Shown: positions 38,102-51,683, counted from the first letter of the stretch. The stretch is DNA of 64,000 nt from Eledone cirrhosa (GCA_964016885.1 OZ024740.1:154256001-154320000); one strand, 5' to 3'. Program-made: numbers and translations. Notes: a model not told the origin generated them from the letters alone.

Positions 38102-41100
38102 AAAATGGAACGGGAACAAAACAGAGAGACAGTACGAACAAAGATTTATTAGTTTCACGCTCTTGAGAGTGTGGGGGGGGGGGGGGGCGTTTCGGGCATA
38201 AGCCCTTCTTCAGGCGAAAAGTGTGTGGAAGAGAGTTCCGAGGGTGTGTAGGGGAGCGGAGGAGAGACATTTAGAAAAAAGGGAGGGACGATGGAAGGGG
38301 TACGAATAAAAATAAATATTAAAAAAATAAAAATAAAAATAAACATGAAGATAAACAAGTAGTGGAAGGAAGTGGGGCGTGTAGGGGTGGTGGCGGGTGG
38401 AGTGGCGGGAGGGAGGCAGGGTGTCTGAGCGGGGAGGGCTGAAGGTTGTGTATGTGTGTAGGTGTACGTGTGTGTGTCTGTGTATGTGAATGTGAGAGTT
38501 GGGGGAAGAAGGAGGTTCCATGTTCAGGAAAAGGTGTGTGCGTGGGGTGGGGTGTAGTTCGGTGTGTGTGCGCGTGTGGATGGGGAGGTGTCAGAGGGGT
38601 GGGGGAGGGGGTAGATGATTCCGGAGGCTGAGTGTGTATATATGTGGGGGTAGGCACTTGTGTGTGGTGTTTATACGTATTGTAGATGTAGGTGGCGTGG
38701 TTCGGAAAAAAAATGTTTGTGAGTGTATGTCCGTAGGTAAGCTCCTAAGGTAGTTCCGTAGAGGGTGTGGTGAGCTGCCGGATATTTTCCTTGTGACGGA
38801 GTTGATGGTGGGAACGATGGCCAATGGTGTGTAATCCGTGGTTGTGTTGGTCGGAAGAGGGGAGATGTGGGGTGCGCGCGCAACAGGAAGTGGTCAGAGG
38901 GTCAAGGCAGGAGGAGGGTAGAGGAGAATGACGGGTTGAGAGGGCTGTGTGTCTGTGTGTGCGGAGAAGTGGTCAGCGCGTCAAGGCATAGCAGCAGTAG
39001 AGGAGAATGGCAGGTGGAGAAAGTCAGTGTGTCAGTGTGTGCGGAGGTGCGGTGGACAGGGGAGAGGATGGGTAGGTGTGAAAGGTGAGGTTGGGAGGGG
39101 GTCGTGCGGGGGGATGGGGGTGTGTTAGTAGAGGTGTTAGTGGGATGTTTGTGTGTGTGTGTGTGAAGGGGTGTGGGTGGAGCGGTAGAGGGAGAGAAAG
39201 ATGTGGGGGTCGGTGGAGGGAGTGTAGTGTACTGGTGTGTGTGTGGTGAAGGGGTGTTAGTGGGTGTTAGTATACTGGTGGTGGGGAAAGGGTTGAATGC
39301 GAGTGTGTTAGTGGGGGTCAGTGGTGGTAGGGTGTGTAAAGTGGGTGTGGGTGGGTGGGTGTGTTCGTGTGCGTGGGGTTGGGAGGGATGTTAGTGGTAT
39401 TAGTTGTGGGGGGTGGGGGTGGATGTGTGGGCGAGGGTTAGTGGTGGTAGTAGGGTGTGTGGATAGTGTGAGTGCGTGTATATATGTACCGGTGGGTGTG
39501 TGCGTGATAGGGGGAGGGGGATGTTAGTATTGTTAGTGGGGGGAGGGTGTTCAGAGGTGGGGTGGGGTTGTTAGTATTGTTAGTTGTGGGGTGTGCGGTG
39601 AAAAGGAGGAGTGTGTTAGTGGTGTTAGTGGGGGATATGTGTGGTGGGGGTGGGAGGAATAGGGCGGTCGAAGGCTAAAGGAATAGAGGTGGGGAGTTCA
39701 GCCCGGGGAGAGTGTGGGTCTGTAGGGTGAAGATGGTGCGTTGTTCGACCCTGAGGCGGGTGTTCCGTGGAATTGGAGTAGGCCACAGACTGTGAGGTGG
39801 TGCGCCGAATGTCCAGGGGTGCCAAAGTGGCTGGCGATGGGGGAACTCCCGCCGAGACGAATATCCCGGAGGTGTTCGGTGAAACGGACCGCCAGGCGAC
39901 GTCCAGTCTGTCCGACGTAGGTTGCGCTACACTCCGTGCAGCGAAGTCCATAGACTAGGTTGGAGGAGGTGCAGTGGTAGGCGTGCCGGACAGAGAGAGA
40001 GTGGCCGTTGGGACCCTGGAAGGTGGTGGTGTTGGTGATGTAGGGGGCAGGTGTTGCAACGAGGCCTGGAACAGGGAAGGGAGCCGGGGGGTTGGGGGGA
40101 GCTGCGGACGAGGAGGGAGATTGCGTGCGCGTTTGAAGGAGGGGAGTGGTGGGAATGGGAAGATGTGGGAAGTGGAGGGGTCGGAATGGAGGCGTCGGAA
40201 GAGGCAGAAGATGGTGCGGTGGAGGGGTAGAGTGGAGGGGTGGTAGGTGATGAGGAAGGGGAGACGGTGGGTGGGTGTGCGGTGGAATGGGGTGAGGGTG
40301 GTGGAGCGGTGGACAGCACGGGCGTGAGTGGGAGGGGGGGTTAACCTCTGCGGATGAAATGGCTGACTAGGGAAAGGGCCTGGGACACAAAGTCAGCGTC
40401 TCGGCTGATCCTGAGGAGTTGGGAGTAGAGAATAGAGTGTTTAGTGTGTGTTTAGTGTGTGTTTAATGTGTGTTTAATGTGTGAGGAGGTGAAGTCGAGG
40501 TAGGAGTGGGAGTCGGTGGGTTTGAAGAAGGCGGAAGTGACGAGTGAGTGGTGGGAGGGGTCGATGGCGACGGAGATGTCTAAGAAGTGGACGTGGGTGG
40601 TGGAGATAGAGGTGGTGAAGTGGAGGGAGGGGTGGAAGGAGCAGAAGAAGGAGAGAAAGGAGTCGAGCTGTTCTCGGGTGAGGGTCGTTGCTCCGATACA
40701 GTCGTCGATGTAACCACCGTACAGTTCGGGCGTGGGGCCGGTGTACTGGGCAAAGATTGAGGCATCAACATGGCCAACGAAAAAGTTGGCATATTTTGGG
40801 CCCATTTTTGTGCCCATGGCTACCCCCGTGACCTGTTGATAAAATTCACACGAGAAGGAGAAACAGTTGAGGGTTAGGACCAGCTCGGCGAGGCGAAGGA
40901 GGGTGGGGTGGAGGGGAGGGGGCAATGGCGAAGGTGAGGTAGTGCTTGAGGGCACGTAAGCCGTCGGTGTGGGGGATGACAGTGTAAAGCGACTTGATAT
41001 CTAGGGTGAAGAGGAAGGCCTGTGGGCCGGGTGGGAAGGTGAAGGAGTCGAAGAGGCGAAGGGCGTGGTTGGTGTTGGAGATGTGGGAGGGGAGGGTGGT

Positions 41101-42040
41101 GACGAGGGGGGCGAGGATGGGGTCAAGAAAGGCGGAGATGAGTTCAGTGGGGCAGTTGCAAGCGGAGACGATGGGGCGGTCGGGGTTGTCGGGTTTAGGG
41201 AGTTTGGGGAGGAAGTAGATAGTGGGGGTGCGGGGGGCGCGGACGATGAGGTGGGAAGTGGTGGGGAAGGAGGGAAGAAAAGACAAGGTGTTGGTTGGGG
41301 GAGGAAACTTGTTGGTAGAGGGGTGTGGGGTCGGAGGGTAGAGGGCAGTAGAAGAGGGGGTTAAGGAGCTTCCTGAGGGATTCAACCGTGTAGAGGTCAG
41401 CGCGCCACCCCACCACGGCGCCTCCCTTGTCCGCCGGTTTGATGACGATGTCATCTCGGCTACGGAGGGAGCGGAGAGCGAGGACTTCGCCCCGTGAGAT
41501 GTTATGCCGTTTGGACCGGTGGCGGAAGTCAAAGCGATTTACTGTGCTACGGCAAGCGTCGATGAACGCGTCCAGGGTGCTAAATTGCCCTGGGGCCGGC
41601 GTCCAATACGATGATCGTCGGCCCAGGGCGAGAAACGGGTGTGGGGCGTTCGGAGCCGGTGGCGTTTGATCGAAATGTGCCTATAGCTTCGTGCGTCGCA
41701 CGAATCGCTCGACTTCCGTTCGGGTGCGGAACTCGTCGCTGTGCGGAGTGTGGGGTATGAAGCGAAGGCCTCTAATGAGGAGTGAGCGCTCAGGTGCGGA
41801 AAGGGGGAGGTCAGGGGGTATGGTGACAACAGTTGGTGGTGTTTGGGTGTGTAAAGAAGGAGGGGAGGTTGTGTTGAGGGGTGAGGTGGAGGGTGGAGAT
41901 CGGGTAGGGGTGTGGGGTGGGGGATGGGTGGAGAGTGGTGGGGATGGGTGTGGGGGGTCATAGGGATGGGGGTTAGTGTAGGTTAAGGGCTTTGGTGGAG
42001 GTGAGGAAGGAGAAGAGGTCGTGGTTGAGGTTTTGGATAT
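38100..42040 (-). mobile_element. Degenerate Penelope-like element, Neptune-type (RT + Cys linker + GIY-YIG endonuclease)
   Basis: Frameshifted motifs: LSAPERSLLIRGLRFIP; YFLPKLPKPDNPDRPIVS; TLDIKSLYTVIP; GVAMGTKMGPKYAN; YIDD; FLDISV; FKPTDSHSYL; CSRPRCNTC; RCTECSATYVGQTGRRLAVRFTEH. (TA)n at both ends. Confidence 0.92.
38188..38220 (-). ncRNA. Penelope 3' terminal minimal hammerhead core (damaged)
   Basis: CUGAAGA-a-GGGC(uuau)GCCC-GAAACG, the typical PLE pLTR motif. Helix III is disrupted by a poly-C run. Confidence 0.7.
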
Positions 42041-42085
42041 ATATATATAAATATACACGGGTGTGTATGTTTGTGTATAGAAGAT

Positions 42086-42638
42086 TATATTAATAAAAGG
42101 ATTCCAACCTTGTCTGATTTACTCGTTTTATTTACAACACTTTACAATTATAATGGTATTAGAATGAAATAGTATGGTAGAGTATTAAATGTTAAATGTT
42201 AATTGAACAAGTTCTTTCATGCTTTCGCAATCTTCAGTTTCATATTGTGTGGTGACAGTCAAGTTTGCAGAAAATTGCAAACTTGACTGTCACCACACAA
42301 TATGAAACTGAAGATTGCGAAAGCATGAAAGAACTTGTTCAATTAACACTTAACATTTAATACTCTACCATACTATTTCATTCTAATACCAATTGGCAGT
42401 ATCGGTAGAGGGTCGGACGCCATGCTTGAAGCATAGAGTTACCTCTCTTTATGATCTGAGTTCAAATCCCACCGAGGTTAACTTTGCCTTTCATCCTTAT
42501 GGGGTCGATAACATAAAGTACCAGTAATGTACTGGGTAATTGCTGGCCTTGTGCCTAAAGTAGAAACAATTATAATTTTAAAAGATTGTAAATAAAACGA
42601 GTAAATCAGACAAAGCTGGAATTCCTTTTATTAATATA
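42086..42638. repeat. Large fold-back palindrome with a SINE A copy (42392-42572, +) inserted in the right arm
   Basis: 42153-42269 vs 42276-42391 are near-perfect inverted copies. Outer arms 42086-42150 vs 42570-42638 are more diverged. Confidence 0.9.
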
Positions 42639-42644
42639 TATCTG

Positions 42645-42675
<31 letters not shown>

Positions 42676-44473
42676 AATGGGGGATCATTTGGCGACTACA
42701 GTTTCGACGCGCGTCGAGTAACCTTTGACGCAAGAAAAGTTGAAGAAATTGTTACAGTAGGAACACTTCCTTCCCTTTTTCCACCTATTGCGCGTGGCAC
42801 ACAAGTGACACTGCTCGACTTCCTGCGAACTGGAGGGCTGAGGAAGAAACTTCGTGTATTTTTAAAGCTGAGGTGAGTGATATGACTGGATAGGACTTCA
42901 GCCGGTGTTGGGTTTAGGGAAGAAGTGGGATTTGAAGAATCGTCACATTCACTCTTGGCACATTCACTCATAAAGACACGTACACTCATAATAGGGCGTC
43001 TTCCTACACTACAGTCCGGGTTCCTTCACTTTTCATTCAAAAATGATTATGGGTGCTGCCCTTCTGTTTCTGACTTAACCATACTAAAAAATATACGACA
43101 AAAAATTATAAATGAGAGAATAAAATTGAAACACAAAGAAGAAAAATGAAAAATAAATAATGCATTAAAAAATGAAAGAATATTTTTATGAAGATAGGTA
43201 CAGATGAAGTCTTTCTTTCAACCAAATTCACTAGTCTTCAACAAAACAACTTCTATTTGTTACTTTTCTTTGCTAACTCTGGACAATGTAACGTGTAATT
43301 ATTCACACGAAAAAATGTTACTCAAGTTCCCTTTTGTTTACCACCATTATGTAAACAGAAACCCTCCCACTCAGTCTAGACAAATACAAAATGGACAAAT
43401 GTATATGTGTTTTTAATACAATACCAGTTACGTAATACAGTAAATTCAATAAGACTTTCCTTACAACCCAAATCTATTGAATAATGTAGTTCTAAATGCA
43501 CACAGCATGAAAGGAAAACACGTGAATGCCATTGCTAGAACGTCTTTGATCATATATCTACACCATTATCGAGATAGATACGGTATTAAATAACAACAGC
43601 AATAAAATAATTATCACCAATAACTACCTCAGACAGTAACAGTCTCAAGCGCAAGATGAATAACTACCCTTAGCCGCAAACACTAGGCTTGGATTGACAG
43701 CAATAAAATATTCCAAGGAATAACAACTATTCTGCTACCAATAATTTCAGCTGGCCCACCTCGCTATGGTCGACATTACAATCCTATATGCACATGGTAA
43801 CAGCTTCGACTGCGATGATAATGCAACGTGTTCGAAATACAACGCTGAAATCCTAATGATAAACCACTATACGTTCAACTACATCGAGATTTGGTGATAG
43901 TTGTGGTAGTGGTGATAAAGACGATGCGGTTGTGGTGGTGGAGGTAGTGGGAGATTGTGGTTGGGAGCTGTGGTGATGGCGGCGCTGGCGGTGGAATCCT
44001 GGTGTTACTATAGCTGTTTATGGTGTTTATATTTCTGCAGCTGTTTCTAGGTGCAAAAACCATGGTCATTCGTGACCATAGGAGCTCTTTACCTTTTTAT
44101 GTTGCTATTGTTGTTGTGGTTGATATTGTTGCTGTGTCTTAATCAACTCTGTATTCAAATACAGACTTATGACACGGAAGTCACTAACCAAACAGTCTTA
44201 TTTGAACGCCGTTTATAGCTGTGAGCATTCTTGTGTTTCTTGTGAAGGATGTGTTCTTAAGATTTCGAACTTACATAGTGTGATATGCCTTTTTAAAAAA
44301 TGAGGAAGAATTTTTTGAGGGTTTAGTTGCTACCACGAGAAAAGATCCTATTTCTAATTTCCTGGATGTTTTGATGTGTTCAGAATGCATAGATATACCC
44401 CAACTATCCAAATGACCACATAATGTATAAATAAGAAACTTAAAGGAATACTGTTACGATGCTATTGAAACTG

Positions 44474-44505
<32 letters not shown>

Positions 44506-44519
44506 AATGATCGGGAGGG

Positions 44520-44880
44520 GAGGAGGATTTTGAAAGATAGCGACCAAAATGGGGTCCTCCGAAGGGTCTTTGGAATAACATTACTCGATAGAGTGCGTAG
44601 CTCGGACATAAGAGAGTCACTCCGGGTAGAGCTCCTGCTTCTACGAATTCAGAAATCACAGCTCCGATACTTTGGGCATGTCGTCAGAATGTCTCAGTAA
44701 AAAATCACTGGACAGATTTTACGGGCAAAACCAACTGGCATTAGACCCAGGGGTAGACTGCGAGCAAGTTGGTTGGATAACATCCATGACTGGTCTAGCT
44801 TGGGGATTGAACCGGATCAGTTGGAGACGGTTGCTTCTGATAGGACCCACTGGAAGGAGATGGTGGCGGTAATAGAATAA
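44520..44880 (+). mobile_element. RTE-clade LINE 3' fragment
   Basis: Translates GITLLDRVRSSDIRESLRVE...QLRYFGHVVRM...RPRGRLRASWLDNI...DRTHWK. Confidence 0.8.
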
Positions 44881-44929
44881 CAAAGATTGTGATAATAATA
44901 ATGGTAATAATGATGATGATGGTGGTGTT

Positions 44930-45420
44930 GGTGGTTATGGTGGTGGTGGTGGTTATGGTGGTGGTGGTGGTAAGGTGCTTATGGTGGTGGTGGTGGTTAT
45001 GGTGGTGGTGGTGGTAAGGTGGTTATGGTGGTGGTGGTGGTTATGGTGGTGGTGGTGGTAAGGTGGTTATGGTGGTGGTGGTGGTTATGGTGGTGGTGGT
45101 GGTAAGGTGTTTATGGTGGTGGTGGTGGTTATGGTGGTGGTGGTGGTAAGGTGGTTATGGTGGTGGTGGTGGTAAGGTGCTTATGGTGGTGGTGGTGGTT
45201 GTGGTGGTGGTGGGTGGTGGTTATGGTGGTGGTGGTGGTTGTGGTGGTGGTGGTGGTGGTTGGGGTGGTTGTGGTGGTTGAGGTGGTGGTGGTTGTGGTG
45301 GTTGTGCTGGTTATGGTGGTGGTGGTGGTTGTGGTGGTTGTCGGTGGTGGTTGTGGTGGTGGTGGGTGGTGGTTGTGGTGGTTGTGGTGGTTGGGGTGGT
45401 TGTGGTGGTGGTGGTGGTGT
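44930..45420. repeat. (GGT)n array with a 44-bp higher-order unit
   Basis: TAAGG marker at 44971, 45015, 45059, 45103 and 45147. Confidence 0.85.
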
Positions 45421-45554
45421 AACAACCCCGTACATCAGAGCACTTACAACGAAATACGACACAAGACTCCTGCAAATTACCTGCTTGTACCCACTAAATA
45501 TATATTTACAGTAAATAGATACGTGTGCTTTTGATATATACACACGCACACACA

Positions 45555-45616
<62 letters not shown>

Positions 45617-45823
45617 TAAACAAACATATGATGATGCGTGAGTGATATTTATAGGTTTTATTTTTCTTTGTCTATGACGTGTGAAAGTGAAATCAGGATG
45701 TTGTCACCCGGTGCAGACAGAATCAGTATAGGAGGTCAATCAGTGCAGTCATAACCACTTGTTAGTTGCCATAGAAGGTTTTGTATGCAGGTGCCTGCTT
45801 TGGTATTTGAAGTTTTAAAAATT

Positions 45824-45862
<39 letters not shown>

Positions 45863-45931
45863 CACATATACACACATACACACATTTTTTCTCTCTCTCT
45901 CTCTCTCTCTCTCTTGCTCTCTCTCTCTCTT

Positions 45932-46003
<72 letters not shown>

Positions 46004-46005
<2 letters not shown>

Positions 46006-46291
46006 TAAAAACAAAGAACAAGTTCCTTATATTAAAAAATTCATCATTTTACGATCGTTTCTGGGATGTATATGTGTGTTGGTATGTATATCATATTTAA
46101 GATATGTAAAAATATTACAAATTTCTGAGGACGGCATGTATATGTGAAGGTATGTATATTTTCTCTGATAATTTGTAATATTTTTACATAGATCTTGAAC
46201 ATGATATACATACCAACACACATATACATCCCAGAGACGATCGTAAAATGATGAATTTTTTAATATAAGGAACTTGTTCTTTGTTTTTATT
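46004..46291. repeat. Fold-back inverted repeat next to (TA)n, overlapping a hammerhead
   Basis: 46004-46122 is the near reverse complement of 46170-46291. Confidence 0.9.
46121..46249 (+). ncRNA. Type I hammerhead ribozyme with very long stem II (core GAAA mutated to GAGA)
   Basis: AUUU-CUGAGGA-cGGcAUGUAUAUGUGaaGGUAUGUAUAU...AUAUACAUACCaacaCACAUAUACAUcCCa-GAGAC-gauc-GUA-AAAU. The inverted copy near 46050 retains GAAAC. Confidence 0.7.
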
Positions 46292-46462
46292 TCATTGTTT
46301 TTATTAATTTATCTCCACTCTGTTTTCCTATGACTTTTATCGTAAATCTTTCAATGCATCTCTCTTTTTATGATATCTTCTATATTGGGATTACATTGAG
46401 TTCTTCATACGGATTGGACACTACCGTATATTTTGGTAGATTTATCTACCATACATGCACAT

Positions 46463-46500
<38 letters not shown>

Positions 46501-46759
46501 GGGTATATATGTTCTACTGGCTGGTATTCAGTAGTGCTTCTTCCTTCCTTTCGGTTGTATATATATATCTACCTATATATAGAGAGAATTTATAGAAATG
46601 GCTTCTAGAGGACTAGAACTGTTTCATTCGAAAGAACTAATCAGAAAAACACTATCTGTATATACTCTACTAAAGTACTGCACTTACTGTGGTTACCCCC
46701 CCCCCCCCCCCCGATTGAACCCGGGACTCACATCATTGGATGCAAAAGTCGAAGGTTTC

Positions 46760-46836
46760 ATATCATAGTGACCTTCGTCGTAGGTTTAATATCATAGTGA
46801 CCTTAGTCGTAGGTTTTATATCATAGTGACCTTAGT
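46760..46836. repeat. 28-bp tandem repeat, about 3 copies
   Basis: ATATCATAGTGACCTTAGTCGTAGGTTT repeated. Confidence 0.85.
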
Positions 46837-46867
46837 GAAGACTAGGCGTCTCTCGCTCCACAAAAGA

Positions 46868-47063
46868 TACTTTATTGGGTGGCCGTTGACTCTCTTGAGT
46901 TCCTCCGACCTGACGGGTTTTGTTTTTCATCCCACAGGATGTCCAGAATCACCCTCCTCACTAAGCAAATTTGGTGGGGTAGACGGTTTAGTCACCGACG
47001 AGCCGACTATGCACAGGTTGTATTGGGCTAGATGTTACCAATAACGCTATAGAGAGACCTGAC
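46868..47063 (-). mobile_element. 5' fragment of the non-autonomous RTE-related element
   Basis: Diverged match to 52190-52378. Confidence 0.7.
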
Positions 47064-47435
47064 ATAACATGCATACATACATACCTACATACATAAATAC
47101 ACACAACTAGTTAGGAAATTACAAATACAATCCATTAGTTGAACAATAAAAATATGTAAAACATGCCAAACATTCTGCATCTAATAACTGCATATACACT
47201 TGTACAGATACAAAACATATGAACATGCACACACATAACTCAAAACATCCACATCCACACATACAATAACATACATACCTACACACTATGCATGCAGACA
47301 TGCATACATATCTACCTAGTTGATGTTGTGTAGATTCCAATGGGGGAGTATTGTATCTATGTTAGAAGTCGATTCTCTCGCTATTGGTAAAAATTATAAA
47401 ACCAGAAGAACATACATACATACATACATACATAC

Positions 47436-50400
47436 AAATGGCGACCGTTGTGGTCAGTGTCCGATAATCGGACGTGTGTAATTACGGCTTACATGAAGGC
47501 AACATACCATATATTGGAAAAAGTTGAGTTACATTACGCGGTAAGATTACATACAATAATTCTACATAAGTGTTTGAACTGTAAGTGTGTTGTAAAACAC
47601 CTATTTATATGAACGATACATACACTTATGATATATGAACGATACATACACTTATGATATATGAACGATACATACACTTTAACATATAAATGCAACGTTG
47701 TTATATTACATTTATAAAGAAATATACAAGTAACGTTTTCGATTCAGAAACAAAAATATAAGTGTTTGAACTGTGAATATGTTGTGAATAGGTTGTTGAA
47801 CACCTATTTATATGAATGATACATAAACTTTAACATATAAATACAGCGTTGTTATATTATATTACATTCATAAAGGAATATACTAAGTAACGGTTCTTTT
47901 TGTTCTCGATTCAAACGATTCAAGAACAACGTTTAAAACACAGTTGTAGAATTAAAAACTAACTGAAAAGAAATATTACCCAAGCTGTGAATAACTTTAA
48001 ATTTGATTCTGGCAGAACTTTGTCGTAACTTTTAAAGAAGATCATCGACTATTTTGAAAAATAAATACGAAATATTAGTGAATAGACGAACTCATCATGG
48101 CAAAAAGTACAAGTCTCCTTCGACCAAATCGCAACTACAACCGTTGTACACAGTGGAGCTATGAGCTTAACAAAGTATTATATGAAGCATACAAACAATC
48201 TGAACCCCAAAAGTTCGGTTTTATGCAAAGGCTAAAAACTTTATGGAACTCCAAACACCCAGAATTAGACTTTTCTCCAAAGCATCTAAATGAACAGGCA
48301 AAACGTATCATTAGATGTAAATTGATACATCTAACGGAATTGAGTGATACTACAAATACAGCCCTTGTAGACAACCACCCCACCTCCACTGACAGACAAA
48401 GAGAATGGCCAGCTAAATCTAACAGTGAACAGCTCACCAACAATTTTGCTGAAATCCATCCCACTTCCACTGAAGAACAGCGAGAAAGGTCAGCTGACTC
48501 TAGTAGTAATTGTCACCACATCAACAACGAGGCTGAAATTCATGACTCTACTGAACAAACAGAGCACCAAAAACTTGTGGGTACCCTACAAGTGATATGG
48601 AACGATATGTTTCAAGAGATACACAGCCTTAATGTGAGTGACAGACCATACAACACTAGAGTCAGTAAAGAACCCACTAAATTGGAATTGGAAGCGGTGA
48701 ACGAAATAGCTGGCAATTATCTGAAGGCTATACGATCTAAAGGTGTAGAAACGACATTTGAAACGCTTAATGTTTTGTTATATGTTTCAGCTGTCACATT
48801 GCTATCATATAACACACATCTAAAACCACGCAATCAAGATACAAACAGAAAGCCCGAACCAGCGTAGATGCGAAATTTAAAAACCAAAATTTTGTCCCTG
48901 AGACGAAGTATCTCACACATCGCAGTCGTTATGAAATACAACATAGAGAGCAACTTCACACGACACCAGGAAGACCTAAAGAAAAAGTTAGAGAGACGAT
49001 TTGGAGATACAAAATTTCAAACTTTGAACTCCAAATTACACCAGTTGAAACAACAACTCACAGCTACAATAGAAAGACTAAAGTATAAGTCAACAGCACA
49101 TAAACGACAAGTGCTAAATAGATTGTTTGCCAGAGATCCAAAATCAGTTTATCGCAGCTTAGGTGGCAAAAGCTCAATCCCTGTAAACGACACCACTTCA
49201 AAAGAACAGGTTGAGAGCTACTGGAGATCTGTATGGGAAACGGATGACGGATTCAACAGACAAGCTAATTGGCTAAAAGAACTGGAACAGGACTACTGCC
49301 AACATGTCCAGACAAAACAATATGACATAGATGGGTCAATACTGGAAACAGCTCTACAGAAAATGTCGAATAGGAAATCGCCAGGCCCAGACCTCATTAC
49401 AGGATACTGGTTGAAGAATTTCACTTTCTATCGGCAAGATCTCATACGGCTGTTTACAGAAACCATTAAGGGCACACAAGAACTGCCCAGATGGTTATCA
49501 ACTGCCACTACTCTCCTCATTCGCCAAAATAGCCAAACCACCCTTGCTAAAAATTACCGCCCAATTGCCTGCCAAAACATCATGTATAAATTATATACTG
49601 GGTGCCTTAACCTGTTCTTACAGGATCACTGTGCTACCAACAACATCATAACACCTGAGCAAGCTGGTGGAAAGATGGAGGTGTGGGGTTGCATAGATCA
49701 CCTACTAACTAACAAAATGATTCAGGAAAAAACAACAAAGAATCGCAGAAACATGACTGTCGTGTGGCTGGACTATCAAAAAGCATTTGATAGTGTACCT
49801 CATGGGTGGATTATTAAGGCTTTACAGTTAGCTAAAGTCCCACAACCATTGGTAGCTGCTGTTGAACGCCTGACCAAGAACTGGTACACCAATTTGATCC
49901 TTAGAGGTGAGAAGGAGCAGGTTAAGACTGATAAGATATATTACCAGAAGGGCATCTTTCAGGGTGATAGCTTGTCAGTGCTACTCTTCGTTCTCTCACT
50001 GAATCCACTATCTTACCTACTCAGGAAACAAGGTGGACAAAGAAGTGGGCCCAGAAGTATCTCCCATCTTTTCTTTGTTGATGACCTGAAGTTGTATGGG
50101 CCAAATATCAATGACATCAAGAAACAATTGGACCTCATTACACAATTTTCAACCGACATCAAAATGAAATTTGGTGAGTCCAAGTGTGCATATTTGGCAG
50201 TAAAACGTGGAAGAGCTGTGCCCTCCTCTAGAAATCTAGAGATGAACGGCCTGACAATACAACCTCTGCAGTCAGGTGACAACTACAGATATCTTGGACA
50301 GGGTGAGAATGTCAGATATGATGGACCCATAAATAAGGAGAGAACCAGAACTGAATACCTCAGAAGAGTAAAGAAAATATGGTCATCAGAGCTGTCAGCA

Positions 50401-51683
50401 TACAACAAATACATTGCCCACAATACTTATGCTGTGCCAATTCTAACGCCAACATTTGGCCTACTGAAGCTGCAAGAACTAAGTGAGATGGATGTTAGAA
50501 CTCGAAAACTTCTCAGTCTTACTGGGAACTTTAACATCAATGGTGATGTGGATAGGTTATACTTCTCACGCAAGGAAGGTGGCCGGGGTCTAAAATCAAT
50601 ATTAACAACATATGAGACCCGGATAGTAACACTGAAGCAACACCTTCAACAGAGGAAAAAGGTTGGCAACCATCTTGCCCAGGTTTATGAGCATGAAAAA
50701 AAAAATATCATTAGAATAGCGACTGATCTGGAGGAGAGATATGGAATAAAGCCTGATATAAATCTCTCACCCAAAGAAATCGGAAGATCCTATTCAATGT
50801 TCAAACAAGATAAAAAAAAATTGACCAATTTACAGAAAAAGTTGTGCATGAATACTTGAGGCGTAAAACACAGACCATAGAGGGGATAAACCACTCAAAA
50901 AGCCTGGCATGGAGTTCCGACAAGTTTATGACATCACACCTTGAGGGATATCTCTATGCAATACAGGAACAAGAACTCCCTACCAAATATCTGCTGCACA
51001 AAAGAGGAGGGCCAGCAGCTGACAATAAATGTAGGCTATGTAAAACAAAGATCGAGGATGTAAGCCACATTGTTGCCAGCTGCGAAAGAATGTCATCTCG
51101 CTACTACCTCCCCATGAGACACGATGGCATAGCTAGAACCATCTGGAACGCACTTCGGAAAACAAAATTAGCAACAAACGAGGAAGAATATATTGAGACA
51201 GATGGCACTAAGGAATACTCGTGGAACCTGAAAATAAACACTGCCACCAAATTAAAGCACGACCGGCCTGATATTGTAGTTTGGGACCACACATTGAAAA
51301 CGTGTTCTGTTGTGGAGATCAGCTGCCCACTTGATGTAAACGTTGTCAGAAAAATACAGGAGAAGGAGGACATCTAAGGACCATTGATGAGGAGTTTACA
51401 AATCCAGTATCCAAGATACACCTTTAGCTTCATACCCATCATTATTGGTGCTACGGGTTATATACCAACCCGCTTGGACCAAAGTATGACTGAACTTGGG
51501 TTTGCGGACAAAAAGCGCAGCTCCCTAATTCAGAGTCTACAAATGGCTGCGATAGCTGGCACCTTCAAAATTTGCAAAACATTCTTGCGATTCAAGGGAT
51601 GACAATTTCTTTTCGTTTACAACCTTGCCACCAGGAAGGTGGCCGGTCAAAAAAATATACTCGAAATTAAGAGAAAGAGAAAA
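47436..51683 (+). mobile_element. Near full-length R4/Dong-type non-LTR retrotransposon (RT + CCHC + RLE endonuclease) inserted in (CATA)n
   Basis: (CATA)n on both flanks; 5'UTR with internal direct repeats; single long reading frame 48097-51602. Confidence 0.9.
48097..51602 (+). pseudogene. Interrupted RT-RLE polyprotein ORF
   Basis: KSPGPD, NYRPIAC, WLDYQKAFDSVPH, GIFQGDSLS, FFVDDLKLY, YRYLG, GGRGL, CRLC..E...HIVASC, RHD, RPDIVVWD..VEISCP. Stops at about 48865 and 51375; frameshift near 50820. Confidence 0.9.

Noticed and set aside
42308-42330. CTGAAGA-TTGC-GAAAG as a minimal hammerhead
   Set aside because: No NUH triplet pairing in helix III and no helix I.
46612-46655. Minus-strand CUGAUUA-GUUC/GAAU-GAAAC core
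   Set aside because: Core G8 is mutated and helices I and III are unconvincing; at most a remnant.
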